A stretch of DNA of 64,000 nt from a virus, in IMG/VR virus record IMGVR_UViG_3300032401_001514, positions 65,629 to 129,628 of that record; one strand, written 5' to 3'. The stretch's first letter is position 1. Every line of letters begins with the position of its first letter. The notes under the pieces are model-generated. The model saw only the letters and a program-made list of their open reading frames with translations, searched no databases and was not told the origin of the DNA. The position numbers were made by a program, and so were the translations under genes. Positions 44,756 to 55,297 of the stretch are shown here, one piece after another.

Positions 44756-47215
44756 TTATAATAATCCAATAGAAACTTCAATGTAAATGTAGTTAACTGG
44801 ATATACTGGTTGAACCGCTACGGAAATATTCCATTGTGTTGGATCAACTTGATCGCGAGCAATTTTTAAATCGGCAAATTGTGTTATTAATCCCTGACTA
44901 ATTAATCCATTAAGAATACCTACTGCTCTTGAACTCAATGAACCTTGCAATGTGGATGACTCAGCTTGTCCAATGAAAGCCTGGAAAGCCGCGCGCATTG
45001 TCTTTGCAATTCTGTCACGAATAAATACGATGCTTACTTCTTGTTCTTCAACGAAACCACTCTGGGTTGTAGTGCGACCATGAATAACTCTTCCGCCACC
45101 TATGGTTGGTTGCAATACACAAATACCCGCAACAGTCAAATTCTCAAGAATGATTGGCCTAAAAACCTTGTTTCTTAGAATTGTAAAGCCGCTCAATACT
45201 TTATTCGTCAATGGAATTGCTACGTTTGGCACACCAGATAGATATCCAGCAGCGGCAGCAGCAATAAAGAATCCATCAATAATTGTTCTGTCAGCTCCAA
45301 TCTGGACTACGATTTGATCCGGGTAAAAATATACAACGCGGAATGTATCTCCGAATGAATTTGGCACACCGTAATCAGCTAGATCCTCAGTATCACCAGC
45401 TAATATTTCTGAAGTGTCATCTCCTTGAATACCTTCAAGAACTCCAATATCTTCAACCGCAGCTGGCTCAGTTCCAATTACATTCTCAGGTAGCAATCCG
45501 TTGATGGCCCCAGTGAACAATACACGCTCACGACGATTCTTGATATTGCTCATCGTTTCGCAATGAATACGTGCGTTCTGCAAAATTTGACTAATTGTTT
45601 GAGACGGAAGAGGGACTACAATGTCAACCTCAATTTTTTCCAATTCTTCGAATGCCGTAACCCAACCAACATCAAAGAAGTCAGCATCCTTAATATCTAC
45701 TATTGTAGCCCTAACTTGAGCACCAGCTAGAATTGGAATGTCATCCGTAAATAGTATTTCAGCGGTTTGTGACGCAGAATCTACTATCTCAAATCGAACC
45801 GAGCTTTCAGTAGAGAATACTCCAACGCCTCGTGAGATGCTTAATACACCATCAGTTACATCAGTTATTGTAAATGAACCATCATTTAATCCACCAGTAG
45901 AATCAAATATTCTTAAACTCCTGGTTAAACTTTCATCATCAAGTCCAAACGCTATTGATGTGCTACTGAACGTTGCTGTAGTCGCTGTTAGTGCAGTCAA
46001 GGTACCATCGTGACCTTCTTTCTGCACTGAGTCTTCCAAAACAACAGTGTATGAATATGTGTATCCAGCGCCGAATATAAAACTTGAAGTGCTGGCAGTA
46101 ATGGTAGGATCATAAAAAGCTGTTTTATTAGGAATTACTTGGCTTTCAATTCCAGTGGCCGGATCTGTAATAAAGATATTAATATTACTATCCGTATCTG
46201 GAATGACTCCTACTGGCAACGGGAATGTGAAATCATCAACTGAACTTCCACCAGCAGCATCGCTCTCAAGAATATAAGATACTCTGCGAGGAATGCCTGG
46301 AGCAGTTTGACATGTGAAAACACCAGGAGGACCATTAGAAAAAGCTAACTGAGCCCCAAGTGAAATTCTATTTGTTAAACTTGAAGATCCGTGTTTAGTT
46401 GTCAATAAACCAATATCGGTAAAAAACTCAATATCATTAATATCTGTCTCGGCAATATACGTTGCTGATAAATTATCACCAGCTATTAATGCTCCGCCTT
46501 TAACTTTGATTGTGAATCTATCACCTTCTGTAAATGGCGTTGAGCCTTCTGTGATTCCAAAACTTAAAATTGTATTACTAACAACAACTCCATTTGATTG
46601 CCATGTAATTTGATTTCCATAGCCGTCTAAAATGTTGCCACTAATTGAGCCTTGAACAACGAATTTAGCATAACCATCAATCGGCACTCCATAACCGTCT
46701 CTGCGAACGGAAGTGACTCTTGCTGTCCATGTCTCAGTTGGCGCGTTTACATCCACTAATTGTAAACTGGTGACAGTTCCATCGCCAACGTTTAGTGAAC
46801 TGACAGAGAAGTATGAGCCGCCTTGATCTACTAAATGAGCCTGTTGTAACTCGATAGCGCCGTTACTTATATCAATTCTGGCATCGTATCTTGCATCAAA
46901 AGTAGCAGTGCCGGAATCATCCTCAAGTAACGCTAATGGAATACCGTTTTTGAAAACAGTAGTCCTGTTGCTGATTACCGGAGCATAACTAAGTCGAAAA
47001 TGCCGACCGTCACGTCCTACAGTAGTCGTATAAGTTGGGTCTAATCCGTCATTGCCATCACCAGTAGCTCCAACAATAAGGTCTTCGATACGGCTTCCTT
47101 CTCCCATGAGAACCGCAAGACGAACTCCTCCAGGAATGGATACACCTCTGGATAACGTAACAACGCGAGAAAAAACTCCTGGCAAAGCATTGGATGATCC
47201 GGGAAATGAGGGCAT
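44756..47215 (-). CDS. Contractile tail sheath protein
   Basis: 819 aa; N-terminal PGVFSRV, C-terminal LTNKVLSGF, RVIHGRTT, EVSIVFIRD, PVYPVNYIYI; SD GAGGA. Confidence 0.92.
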   Translation of the reverse strand: MPSFPGSSNALPGVFSRVVTLSRGVSIPGGVRLAVLMGEGSRIEDLIVGATGDGNDGLDPTYTTTVGRDGRHFRLSYAPVISNRTTVFKNGIPLALLEDDSGTATFDARYDARIDISNGAIELQQAHLVDQGGSYFSVSSLNVGDGTVTSLQLVDVNAPTETWTARVTSVRRDGYGVPIDGYAKFVVQGSISGNILDGYGNQITWQSNGVVVSNTILSFGITEGSTPFTEGDRFTIKVKGGALIAGDNLSATYIAETDINDIEFFTDIGLLTTKHGSSSLTNRISLGAQLAFSNGPPGVFTCQTAPGIPRRVSYILESDAAGGSSVDDFTFPLPVGVIPDTDSNINIFITDPATGIESQVIPNKTAFYDPTITASTSSFIFGAGYTYSYTVVLEDSVQKEGHDGTLTALTATTATFSSTSIAFGLDDESLTRSLRIFDSTGGLNDGSFTITDVTDGVLSISRGVGVFSTESSVRFEIVDSASQTAEILFTDDIPILAGAQVRATIVDIKDADFFDVGWVTAFEELEKIEVDIVVPLPSQTISQILQNARIHCETMSNIKNRRERVLFTGAINGLLPENVIGTEPAAVEDIGVLEGIQGDDTSEILAGDTEDLADYGVPNSFGDTFRVVYFYPDQIVVQIGADRTIIDGFFIAAAAAGYLSGVPNVAIPLTNKVLSGFTILRNKVFRPIILENLTVAGICVLQPTIGGGRVIHGRTTTQSGFVEEQEVSIVFIRDRIAKTMRAAFQAFIGQAESSTLQGSLSSRAVGILNGLISQGLITQFADLKIARDQVDPTQWNISVAVQPVYPVNYIYIEVSIGLL

Positions 47216-47334
47216 GTTAAAATCCTCTTGTCAAAATTAAAGTCATGTTAATAAAATGTTGAATTATTACCTAAAGTCCGCTTAATTCTGCCAACTATAT
47301 CTTATCAATTTTGTTAGCCGCTATAATTAATCAA

Positions 47335-48129
47335 TTAAAGCCCTTGTAATGCGTCTAAAAGCTCCAATGACGTAACAATACTTAAATTTGGAGCAATAGT
47401 TGGTGGAGCAGTTTGTAAATTACCAATGTCCACACAAATATTAATAATATCAAGTATATTATCCACCGGAATCTCTCTGCTCCATTCAGTTCTAATGTCC
47501 AAATTTATGGTCTGTTTGAACAATTTATCGTTTCTATCTTCACCTTCAGATGGTGATCCAACACTAACATTCGGCTTTATTGATACACCGGCTTTATACA
47601 TTTCATCCCAGCGTATATCTACAAATAATAATTGAACCAATTCTACCAAATCGTCTCTATCACGAAGACCACGAGTTAATACATCAATAGTAATCGATCC
47701 TTCCCATGCGCCAGATAATAACAAATGAGAAGGTGTACTGAATACCTTTTCGTTACCATATCCATCAACGAACTTTGTGACAGTATTTATTACAACACCT
47801 TTGTTTCTACTCATAGAAATTGGCACATAACGAAAAGCTCCACCACGAACAACAAGCGCGGGATAATAAATTCCATCATAACGAAAAGCTTCACCTATCC
47901 ATAACCTTGTTGTTGCATCATCATTTAATCCGGCATTCGGATCCAAATCAGTATGATCAGTAGTTTTCGCAAATCCCCACTCATCTCTTACATAATGATA
48001 ATAACTATCATCTGCAAAAAACTCCTTTAGTGTAGCAATTACCATATCTTTAGAATATCGCAACATACTATTCTGGACTATATTGTGAATAGCATATAAA
48101 TCAGTAGTTTGATTAAATCCTACGGCCAT
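47335..48129 (-). CDS. Tail terminator/completion protein (gp15-like)
   Basis: 264 aa upstream of the sheath; YPALVVRGG and WEGSITIDVLTRGLRDRDDLVE. Confidence 0.65.
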   Translation of the reverse strand: MAVGFNQTTDLYAIHNIVQNSMLRYSKDMVIATLKEFFADDSYYHYVRDEWGFAKTTDHTDLDPNAGLNDDATTRLWIGEAFRYDGIYYPALVVRGGAFRYVPISMSRNKGVVINTVTKFVDGYGNEKVFSTPSHLLLSGAWEGSITIDVLTRGLRDRDDLVELVQLLFVDIRWDEMYKAGVSIKPNVSVGSPSEGEDRNDKLFKQTINLDIRTEWSREIPVDNILDIINICVDIGNLQTAPPTIAPNLSIVTSLELLDALQGL

Positions 48130-48135
48130 ATGTAT

Positions 48136-48148
48136 TTGCTGAAATATT
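48136..48148 (-). promoter_or_regulatory. Copy of recurrent motif AATATTTCAGCAA (candidate late promoter; possibly leaderless transcript)
   Basis: Ends 6 nt upstream of the ATG at 48129; there is no SD in the gap. Confidence 0.4.
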
Positions 48149-48149
48149 A

Positions 48150-49073
48150 CTATCTAACTCTATGAGCCCCATCTAATATGTTTTGTTTAGCCGATAGTGG
48201 TCTAAGATTTTTTAATGCCCAACATTCAATAAATTCAGAGTCTTTCATGCTTGAATAATTGAATTTTGATACAGATTTTATATGATCAATGTTCCACGCC
48301 CAAGTTAATACATCATTATCGTCCCATGTTTTTGAGTTATATTTACCCCAATTACTCCAATTCATCCATGGTTCAAACTGACATTCTATGTGTTGTTTTA
48401 AATCTTTCATTGAATAGCCGATATATTTTAGCATTGATTTACCACGTTTTGGATTGCCGCTATTTTTTAAAATAATCCTTATATATTGGCTAATATTTTT
48501 ATGCAATTTATATGACGGATCTTTAGCTAATCTATCTTTTCTATATTTCCTCAGAACCTCTTTTCTGTGCTTTCTGAAGCTTTCATCATATTGCAATCTT
48601 ATTTTATTTCGTTGCCACGCCTTTTTTGCTCGCGCTTTTCGCATTTCTGGGTGTGTGACCATATAATCATGACCATAATTATTTTCACATTCTCTGCATG
48701 GTCCGTACCAATATTTTCTTTCTAATTCATTAATAATTTTTATGTTTTGTATTCTATAAAACTCTTCATTCAATAATTTGTCAATTTTGCATTTACTACA
48801 TTTTTTATGTGTTCTATTAACTATAGATAATAGTTTTTCATATTTTATATACCCTCTTTCATTTTTAGTTCTTTCCATTTTCTTGATATGACGATTCTTT
48901 TGATAGTTCTTAATTTTATTTGTGTTCTTAAGATAGTATTGTTTCTTAGACTCTATTACGCATGCGTTACATTGTGTTCTGAATTTTTTAGAATCATTTC
49001 TGAAGTAAAAGTTGTCGATGTTCAAAATCTTTAATTCATCACATTTTATGCATTTTTGTATTTCCACGCTCAT
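48150..49073 (-). mobile_element. Free-standing HNH homing endonuclease gene
   Basis: 307 aa; two CxxC...CxxC Zn-ribbon repeats, a basic linker, and C-terminal WNIDHIK...CWALKNLRPL...QN. Confidence 0.8.
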
Positions 49074-49185
49074 ATTATAACGCCGACTTAACGATAGTTT
49101 CTGAAGAGAATTTGCCTATGATGAAATTTTCGCATGTAGCATAAACCTGCGGATATCGGCGCTAAAATATCTTACTTGAGAGGGG

Positions 49186-49213
49186 TTGACTTTAAGGTTT
49201 GAGGCATTACAAT
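49186..49213 (+). promoter_or_regulatory. Sigma70-type promoter TTGACT-N16-TACAAT driving the lipoprotein gene
   Basis: -35 at 49186-49191, -10 at 49208-49213, SD AAGGAG at 49222-49227. Confidence 0.6.
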
Positions 49214-49232
49214 GTAAATAGAAGGAGACTGT

Positions 49233-49904
49233 GTGACCATGAAAAACTCATTGCTATCAATACTCACTCTTGTTACCGTAAGTTGTGGCGGGGCAGATTC
49301 AACCCAACTTGGCAATTCATTTAACGATGGAAGCGGAGGCGAGGCTGATTCCGGCCAAGCTGCTGGGGGCTCAACTACTGTTGGTACTGGGGGCTCTACC
49401 GGAGGCTCCGTTTCTATCGGAGGCTCCGTTTCTACCGGAGGCTCTGTTTCTACCGGAGGTACAAACGTTGGAGGAATTGGAACGGGAGGCTCAACAAACG
49501 TTGAAACTGGAGGGACTACCGGAAATGGAGGTAGCGGGCCTTGTGTTCCCAAGACATGTGTTACGCTAAGTGTTGAGAAGGGCTGGCCTGTCTGCGGGGT
49601 GATTTCTGATGGATGCTCAAATTACATTGATTGCAGTGGCTGTTCCGATCCTATGGAAACATGCGGCGGAGCAATGCCTGTAGAAAACCCGCCTCGTTCA
49701 GCAAAATTTGAAGATGGCATGGGCGTTTCGAATAAATGTGGAGGTGGTTGCATAAATCTATTTCAACAAGGAACTTGCATTAGAACATTAATAGTTTGCA
49801 CCAACTCAGTAGTTCCTGTTAATACCACTTGCCAAAATATAGATTCACTTCAGAGCCATTCTGGATTCGAAAAGTTTTCTGGATTCGGCTGGTGCTGCTT
49901 TTGA
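49233..49904 (+). CDS. Predicted lipoprotein moron with Gly/Ser/Thr-rich linker and Cys-rich domain (myxobacterial type)
   Basis: Signal peptide MKNSLLSILTLVTVS-C, TGGS repeats, and CVPKTC...CGVISDGCSNYIDCSGC; opposite strand to its neighbours. Confidence 0.75.
   Translation: MTMKNSLLSILTLVTVSCGGADSTQLGNSFNDGSGGEADSGQAAGGSTTVGTGGSTGGSVSIGGSVSTGGSVSTGGTNVGGIGTGGSTNVETGGTTGNGGSGPCVPKTCVTLSVEKGWPVCGVISDGCSNYIDCSGCSDPMETCGGAMPVENPPRSAKFEDGMGVSNKCGGGCINLFQQGTCIRTLIVCTNSVVPVNTTCQNIDSLQSHSGFEKFSGFGWCCF
49395..49459 (+). repeat. 18-bp tandem repeat, about 3.6 copies (TCTACCGGAGGCTCCGTT) encoding STGGSV
   Basis: Units at 49395, 49413, 49431 and a partial unit at 49449, with one mismatch each in units 2 and 3. 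Confidence 0.9.
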
Positions 49905-52900
49905 TTACCAACGATATGTAATTTTAGCGCCACCATGTGAAGCCAAAGCGGTATTAACGGCAGTGAGCACTTGAGCCCCGCTCGTTGAATGAATGTTGCC
50001 TATTAAAATATATCGCATATTTAATCCGGTTCCTGTTCGGAATCCTAGTCCACTAGTATTTGCTGTCGTAAGGACTGGATTATTTGGTGTGTAAGCTCCA
50101 CTAAAATCAATAACTGGAGTTCCTAATACTGCTCCATTTCCATAACCTGGGCCAACAACAATACTTATTAAACTTGATGAACTGGTAATCGCTGAACAAA
50201 ACGCCGTCAATTCGGATGAAATAACTTCTACGCCAGATGGTAATATTTCCTCTAAAGATACGTCCCAAACATATTCTCTATTAGCCGCACCAGCATCAGT
50301 GGTATTATAATAAATAATAAATGACTCTGTATAACCAATGGTATTTAAAATTATCAGGCCTGTATAATGAATAACCAAAGCGCCTATATCACCAGCCAAA
50401 AACCCATTCGTTAATTCACCAACTGAAAAAATACCATTTGATGGATTAAGAATAATCGTTCCAGTTTGATTCTTGTTACGCTCAATTATTACTCCATGTG
50501 CCCCACTAAAAATAACACTTGTATTATTAACGTCATCCGTAGTAAAATTATCAAGCGCATTATCAACAATTAAACCAGTACTATTAGAAGCGTTCGGACT
50601 AACAATATAATAAAATACTTTATTGCTTCCTCTTTCAAGTCTGTTATCAGTAATTATTGTACGAAGACCATGAGCGTATATTATAATACTTTCGCCAACC
50701 GCATCTTTTATACCTTTGAAAGTATTAGATTTTACAATTGAAGACATTTCTGTTCGGCAACACATTGTATAAGAATATTTAACAGATGCAAATATTCCAA
50801 AATCAGTAGTATTATTTATTATTCTGCATTCCGTATTACCTACATCTGCTGTGGCTCCTGGTTGAACAGATATAGCATAATTAAATGCTACCGTATAAAG
50901 ATTCGCTCCAAAAATAATTAAATAATTTTCGTCATAAGCTCTTATTTTATTTCCATCAATAAGTAATGTTCCAGCTGACAATATACCGTAGTTAGTTGTT
51001 ACGCTTGTGCAATGTATCCAATTGCATGAATTATTTTTAATAATAACATTCCCCATATTATGAGAAATTGTTCCAAGCGCTGTTCCGTTAGCATATTGAT
51101 AATTACCCAAGCTATTTAAATTAGCAATGTACTTACAACTGTTATTTTCTATTGTTATAGATTGAGATCCGTATCCATCATCAATTGCACTTATTATTTG
51201 CCCTATATTGCCACATGTATTATTTCTTATAAAAGTATTAGATGCTGTAATGCCTGGTGAAATAATATTATTTGAAATAGGAACTGTGGTTATAACAATA
51301 TTTTGATCTGAATCACAAATATTATTTTCTATAAAACAGTTAGACAATTTTGCTGGATCTAAAGAAGCTCCAGTATTAGAATGTATTATAGCTATAGCTG
51401 ATTTTTTTCCATTTCCGCTATCCTGGAATAAATTCTCGCAAATATAAATGTTGTCTATTTCGTCGCCTTTTGTTGTATTAAAAATAACAAATGGCGCACG
51501 AACTGCCAAAGTACTAATAAAAGTACATTTTTCAATTCTTACATTTGATATGACTCCACTTGCATATAAACATCCAGCTCCGCCTGCAACATTGGCATTA
51601 ACATAATCTACAACTACCGTGTTATCCACAGGACGTAATGGAGGAGTAATATAAGTGACTCCAGTTGGTAAATATGCGAATTCTATATTTTTAAAGGATA
51701 TGTTAGATCCTAAAATAATTCCTATTTTAGTAGTGACAACAAAACCGGCCTGCCCAACTCCTTCAAACACAACAGGATAAACAAAATCTGAAAAATCAAA
51801 AGTGGAATCTATTACTTGTCCGCCTTTTATTTTAACAATATTATCAAAAGCTCCATATTGTTGTATCCATGTTTTTAAAGCAGCAAGTGTATGGAAGTGT
51901 CCAGATATATTCACTTCTGGTGCGCCTAATGATGTTTTCCTATTCGGCGCAGGAACCCAAGTAAATGGAATATTTAAAGTTTCGTCTGTTACGAAACGTC
52001 TAGCGTCTTTCACTGCACCAATTGTAATTGACGCTATTATTACTTGTACAGTAGCAATAAGAGTTAAATCTTTTCTTGTATTGATTAATTCAAAAAATGT
52101 TACCGAAGGTACATAATATTTATTTCCGCTTATATTATCTTGCGCAAAAAATTGAACGCCAGAAATTATTATAGGAACAAAATGACCAGACTTATCAACA
52201 CATATTGCCCAAACAACTATATCAGGTTTTGAATGGGATGTATTAAATATTACCGGTATAGTAACGCCTCCAGGGTTAACCACAACCGTTGCTCCGTCTA
52301 CTAACGCAACACCGCCATTGAAAAACAATACTCTTGTATCCGTTGCGCTTTTAACCCTGAACCCAAGGTCACGAATAACTCCATTGCCATGTAAATGCCT
52401 GTCTCCAGATTGAATAAAATCTTTTGCTGACTGAGTAAACTCAAGCTCGCTAATACTTCCTTGCTGACGACGATCTTTGACATATTCAATATTATCAGTT
52501 CCAGTTTGTGGCGACCAATTAACTTCACATGTTGCTAATTTTAATACTTCGTCATCCAAAGATAATGTCGGGAATATTTCTATATCAATAGCTCTTTGTG
52601 AACCATTAGACATAACCGCATTGCCTTCGATTGGAGATCCGGCAGGGGAAGTTTCTTCGTCTCTAAATATTAATTCAATATAATCAGCACCACTATCATC
52701 ATAAAATCTAACAGGAACATTCTTTTTTCCAGTAACTAATATTCCTGGAAAATCTACTACTGGGTTAATAGCATTTGGGTTTCCAATATATCCATCAAAT
52801 TCACCAGTATCAACTGCGTAATTTACAATCGCCAATCTGATATATTTTCGCAATGTAACAGTGTTTACAAAACCTCGCAACTTTGGTGATACATCTAGAA

Positions 52901-55244
52901 TGTGCCACTTATTAGTTGCTAATAATGAAGAGCTTTCTCCTTGTAATGGCATGCGCGCTCTTTCATGACTAAATGTTTTGCCTTTATCCGTTACATAAAT
53001 TTCATGCAATCTATGATAATCAGTAGCAGTTGCTGTCGGATCTTTTACGTTAGTTAAATTGATTCCTACTGAGTCTTCAGAGAAATAAAGATTGACTGAT
53101 ATTTCTGGGCTAGTAGAAAAACTTGTTGGAAGCCCTGTTGCATGAATACCATTAATTACTATTATTAATGTGTTTCCTAATCCCGGATCACAAGACTCAA
53201 ACGTAACTTCCTTAATAATAAAACGCCCATAATCAACATCATTATATTTCGGATCAGTAAATGGCAAAGCGTTCTGAACTACAATGGTTTTGCCAGGCTT
53301 TAATCCCGCTGGTTGAAGTTCAAGATTTACACGATATGTAACCTCAACTGTGGTAACTCCAATTGGCGTTCTGTTGATAAGGGTAGCTGGCCAATAACCA
53401 TCTCTGTTTTGATCCAACGTGGCCAAATACGTTGGAGCAAATCCTTCTTTGCGAAGGCCGTTAACAACATAACTTCTATTTTTAAGAGGAACAATTACTT
53501 TTGTTGGTAATTGAGCAGCGGTTGCATCAATATATGTTATTTGATATATCGGGCTGGCCAAATCAGCACGATTAAAACCAAGTCCTAAGGCATCAAGATT
53601 CGACGTTATTGCATTACCAACAACGTTGTTAACGAATATTCCTGTGACTAAAGTACCACTGCTATTATTTCCATTAACTATTGAGAATGAAGCTCCGCTA
53701 ATTGCGTCAGCTAACATTATGCCAAAGTTGCCAGAAATATGTTCAAATGCAATAAATCTATAGTTATACCCAATTGTTCTTAAACTATCATTGGTAGCTT
53801 TAACAATTCTTTCAAGGGTATATTGACCAACGGTTGCTCCAACATTTCCTGTTACGTCAATACCAGGCAATGAAATAATCCTGTCTTGTGGATTGCCAGT
53901 TGGGTATAATTGTAAATATAAAAGATAATGTGTAGCATCTAGTTGATTAGGATCGAAGCCATTTCCTAAAGCTACTGCTCCGCTAGGATGGCCAACAATA
54001 ACGCTTCCTAATAGCCCAGAGAATAAAGATTGAGGGATAGCATTGGCAGCTGCAACAGCCATAATACCATATGTGTTGGTGTCAAATAATGGACGATCAA
54101 TACGAACATATCCATCCATATATCCATCGGTACTATCTGTATCAACAAGATTGGTATTAGCTATTCTTAATATCCATTCGCTACCAGGAGTATATTTTAT
54201 TGATTCTACTATTGATGATGCCTCCAAACCGTTTCTATAATTTATTCTTGCGATATCACCAACGCGAACTTGATTAAATTGTGAATCGAATATAAAATTA
54301 GAATTGTCTGGATGGAATGAAATTATTTCATCACCGTTATTGGTATCATCAACTGGGGCCGTACCAGGCGGTTTATGAGCCACATGTAAAGCTGCTGAAG
54401 TTGAAGGCACAACTGTCTGACCATATCCGTCTGGGTTAACGAAGGATTGCGATCTTGAGTCCTGAGGAATTCCATTCGAATGCATTGTGGCACGATGAAT
54501 GCCCATAACAGCTTTTTCAACGGCATCCAAAGCTTCTAACGCTTCCTGAACATCATTAATAGCAGTGGATATTTCTGTAAAGTTAGTTCCATCTACAGAT
54601 ATTGCCGAAGCTGGATGAGCCCCAGGACTATTAACCTGCGTGATATTCTGGTGGTAAACAAGTTCTGTGCTTATTTGATCTAATGCTTCTGCTACGGTTG
54701 TGGCAGTACGAGGAACATTGTCTTTATCAAATAGCCCGCCCCATACATAACTTAAATCACGTATATCATTTGGAACTGCATTTAAATCAATATGACTGCC
54801 TACGTGACGCAAATTACTATCTGGGCCACCACCAATATGGCTGTTTAGTTTTGTTTCTGTAGCATTAGTGAAAGCTACCAAGCTAGTTAATAATAACTGA
54901 TTTGCTATAATTAATGTATGTAAGTCAGATGTGGAATAATCTAAAGAAAGCTTATATTCTTTTATTCCTGCGCCATCGGCAACTTGATTATCAACAATTG
55001 GTAATGTAGCCAAGCCTACGCTAGTTAATGCTGAAGCTTTTATTGTACCATTTGTATTGAATGACACAGAGAGAAATTGAGCTAAAGAATCAAGTGTTCC
55101 TGCTGGATTGACGCCTAATTCGGCCTCAATGTTGAAAACCGCATCTCTTAAACTATTTATAGCTTCGCCGCCTAGTTCAGTAATATTGTCATTAATTCGC
55201 GGCAACTCATTGTCACTATCTATATCAAAGGGATAAACGCTCAT
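49905..55244 (-). CDS. Very large tail fibre/receptor-binding protein with C-terminal parallel beta-helix
   Basis: 1779 aa; N-terminal YPFDID...INSLRDAVFNIEAELG, HPASAI...VQEALEAL motifs, and Asn-rich beta-helix repeats (ISNVRIEKCTF, NCFIENN, NVIIKNNSC); 6 DGY. Confidence 0.68.
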   Translation of the reverse strand: MSVYPFDIDSDNELPRINDNITELGGEAINSLRDAVFNIEAELGVNPAGTLDSLAQFLSVSFNTNGTIKASALTSVGLATLPIVDNQVADGAGIKEYKLSLDYSTSDLHTLIIANQLLLTSLVAFTNATETKLNSHIGGGPDSNLRHVGSHIDLNAVPNDIRDLSYVWGGLFDKDNVPRTATTVAEALDQISTELVYHQNITQVNSPGAHPASAISVDGTNFTEISTAINDVQEALEALDAVEKAVMGIHRATMHSNGIPQDSRSQSFVNPDGYGQTVVPSTSAALHVAHKPPGTAPVDDTNNGDEIISFHPDNSNFIFDSQFNQVRVGDIARINYRNGLEASSIVESIKYTPGSEWILRIANTNLVDTDSTDGYMDGYVRIDRPLFDTNTYGIMAVAAANAIPQSLFSGLLGSVIVGHPSGAVALGNGFDPNQLDATHYLLYLQLYPTGNPQDRIISLPGIDVTGNVGATVGQYTLERIVKATNDSLRTIGYNYRFIAFEHISGNFGIMLADAISGASFSIVNGNNSSGTLVTGIFVNNVVGNAITSNLDALGLGFNRADLASPIYQITYIDATAAQLPTKVIVPLKNRSYVVNGLRKEGFAPTYLATLDQNRDGYWPATLINRTPIGVTTVEVTYRVNLELQPAGLKPGKTIVVQNALPFTDPKYNDVDYGRFIIKEVTFESCDPGLGNTLIIVINGIHATGLPTSFSTSPEISVNLYFSEDSVGINLTNVKDPTATATDYHRLHEIYVTDKGKTFSHERARMPLQGESSSLLATNKWHILDVSPKLRGFVNTVTLRKYIRLAIVNYAVDTGEFDGYIGNPNAINPVVDFPGILVTGKKNVPVRFYDDSGADYIELIFRDEETSPAGSPIEGNAVMSNGSQRAIDIEIFPTLSLDDEVLKLATCEVNWSPQTGTDNIEYVKDRRQQGSISELEFTQSAKDFIQSGDRHLHGNGVIRDLGFRVKSATDTRVLFFNGGVALVDGATVVVNPGGVTIPVIFNTSHSKPDIVVWAICVDKSGHFVPIIISGVQFFAQDNISGNKYYVPSVTFFELINTRKDLTLIATVQVIIASITIGAVKDARRFVTDETLNIPFTWVPAPNRKTSLGAPEVNISGHFHTLAALKTWIQQYGAFDNIVKIKGGQVIDSTFDFSDFVYPVVFEGVGQAGFVVTTKIGIILGSNISFKNIEFAYLPTGVTYITPPLRPVDNTVVVDYVNANVAGGAGCLYASGVISNVRIEKCTFISTLAVRAPFVIFNTTKGDEIDNIYICENLFQDSGNGKKSAIAIIHSNTGASLDPAKLSNCFIENNICDSDQNIVITTVPISNNIISPGITASNTFIRNNTCGNIGQIISAIDDGYGSQSITIENNSCKYIANLNSLGNYQYANGTALGTISHNMGNVIIKNNSCNWIHCTSVTTNYGILSAGTLLIDGNKIRAYDENYLIIFGANLYTVAFNYAISVQPGATADVGNTECRIINNTTDFGIFASVKYSYTMCCRTEMSSIVKSNTFKGIKDAVGESIIIYAHGLRTIITDNRLERGSNKVFYYIVSPNASNSTGLIVDNALDNFTTDDVNNTSVIFSGAHGVIIERNKNQTGTIILNPSNGIFSVGELTNGFLAGDIGALVIHYTGLIILNTIGYTESFIIYYNTTDAGAANREYVWDVSLEEILPSGVEVISSELTAFCSAITSSSSLISIVVGPGYGNGAVLGTPVIDFSGAYTPNNPVLTTANTSGLGFRTGTGLNMRYILIGNIHSTSGAQVLTAVNTALASHGGAKITYRW

Positions 55245-55297
55245 TATATCGCTCTCTTATTAAGCTATTCAGTTAGTAATCATATTAATGGAATTTT

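Noticed and set aside
15423-48129. Interpretation as an eCIS, tailocin or T6SS locus
   Set aside because: A neck protein with a Cys4 motif, a G/GT frameshift, homing endonucleases and small phage-like ORFs point to a true phage. No Afp15-like ATPase or T6SS membrane complex is seen. The capsid and terminase are probably outside the window.
1168-54526. Many short ORFs antisense to or nested in long genes (e.g. 1168-1422, 10257-10622, 30111-30503, 39103-39408, 49172-49552, 49285-49569, 52301-52528)
   Set aside because: They are shadows of long, motif-bearing genes, with no SD or domain signal. The Pro-rich 49172-49552 ORF is simply the reverse of the Gly-rich lipoprotein repeat.
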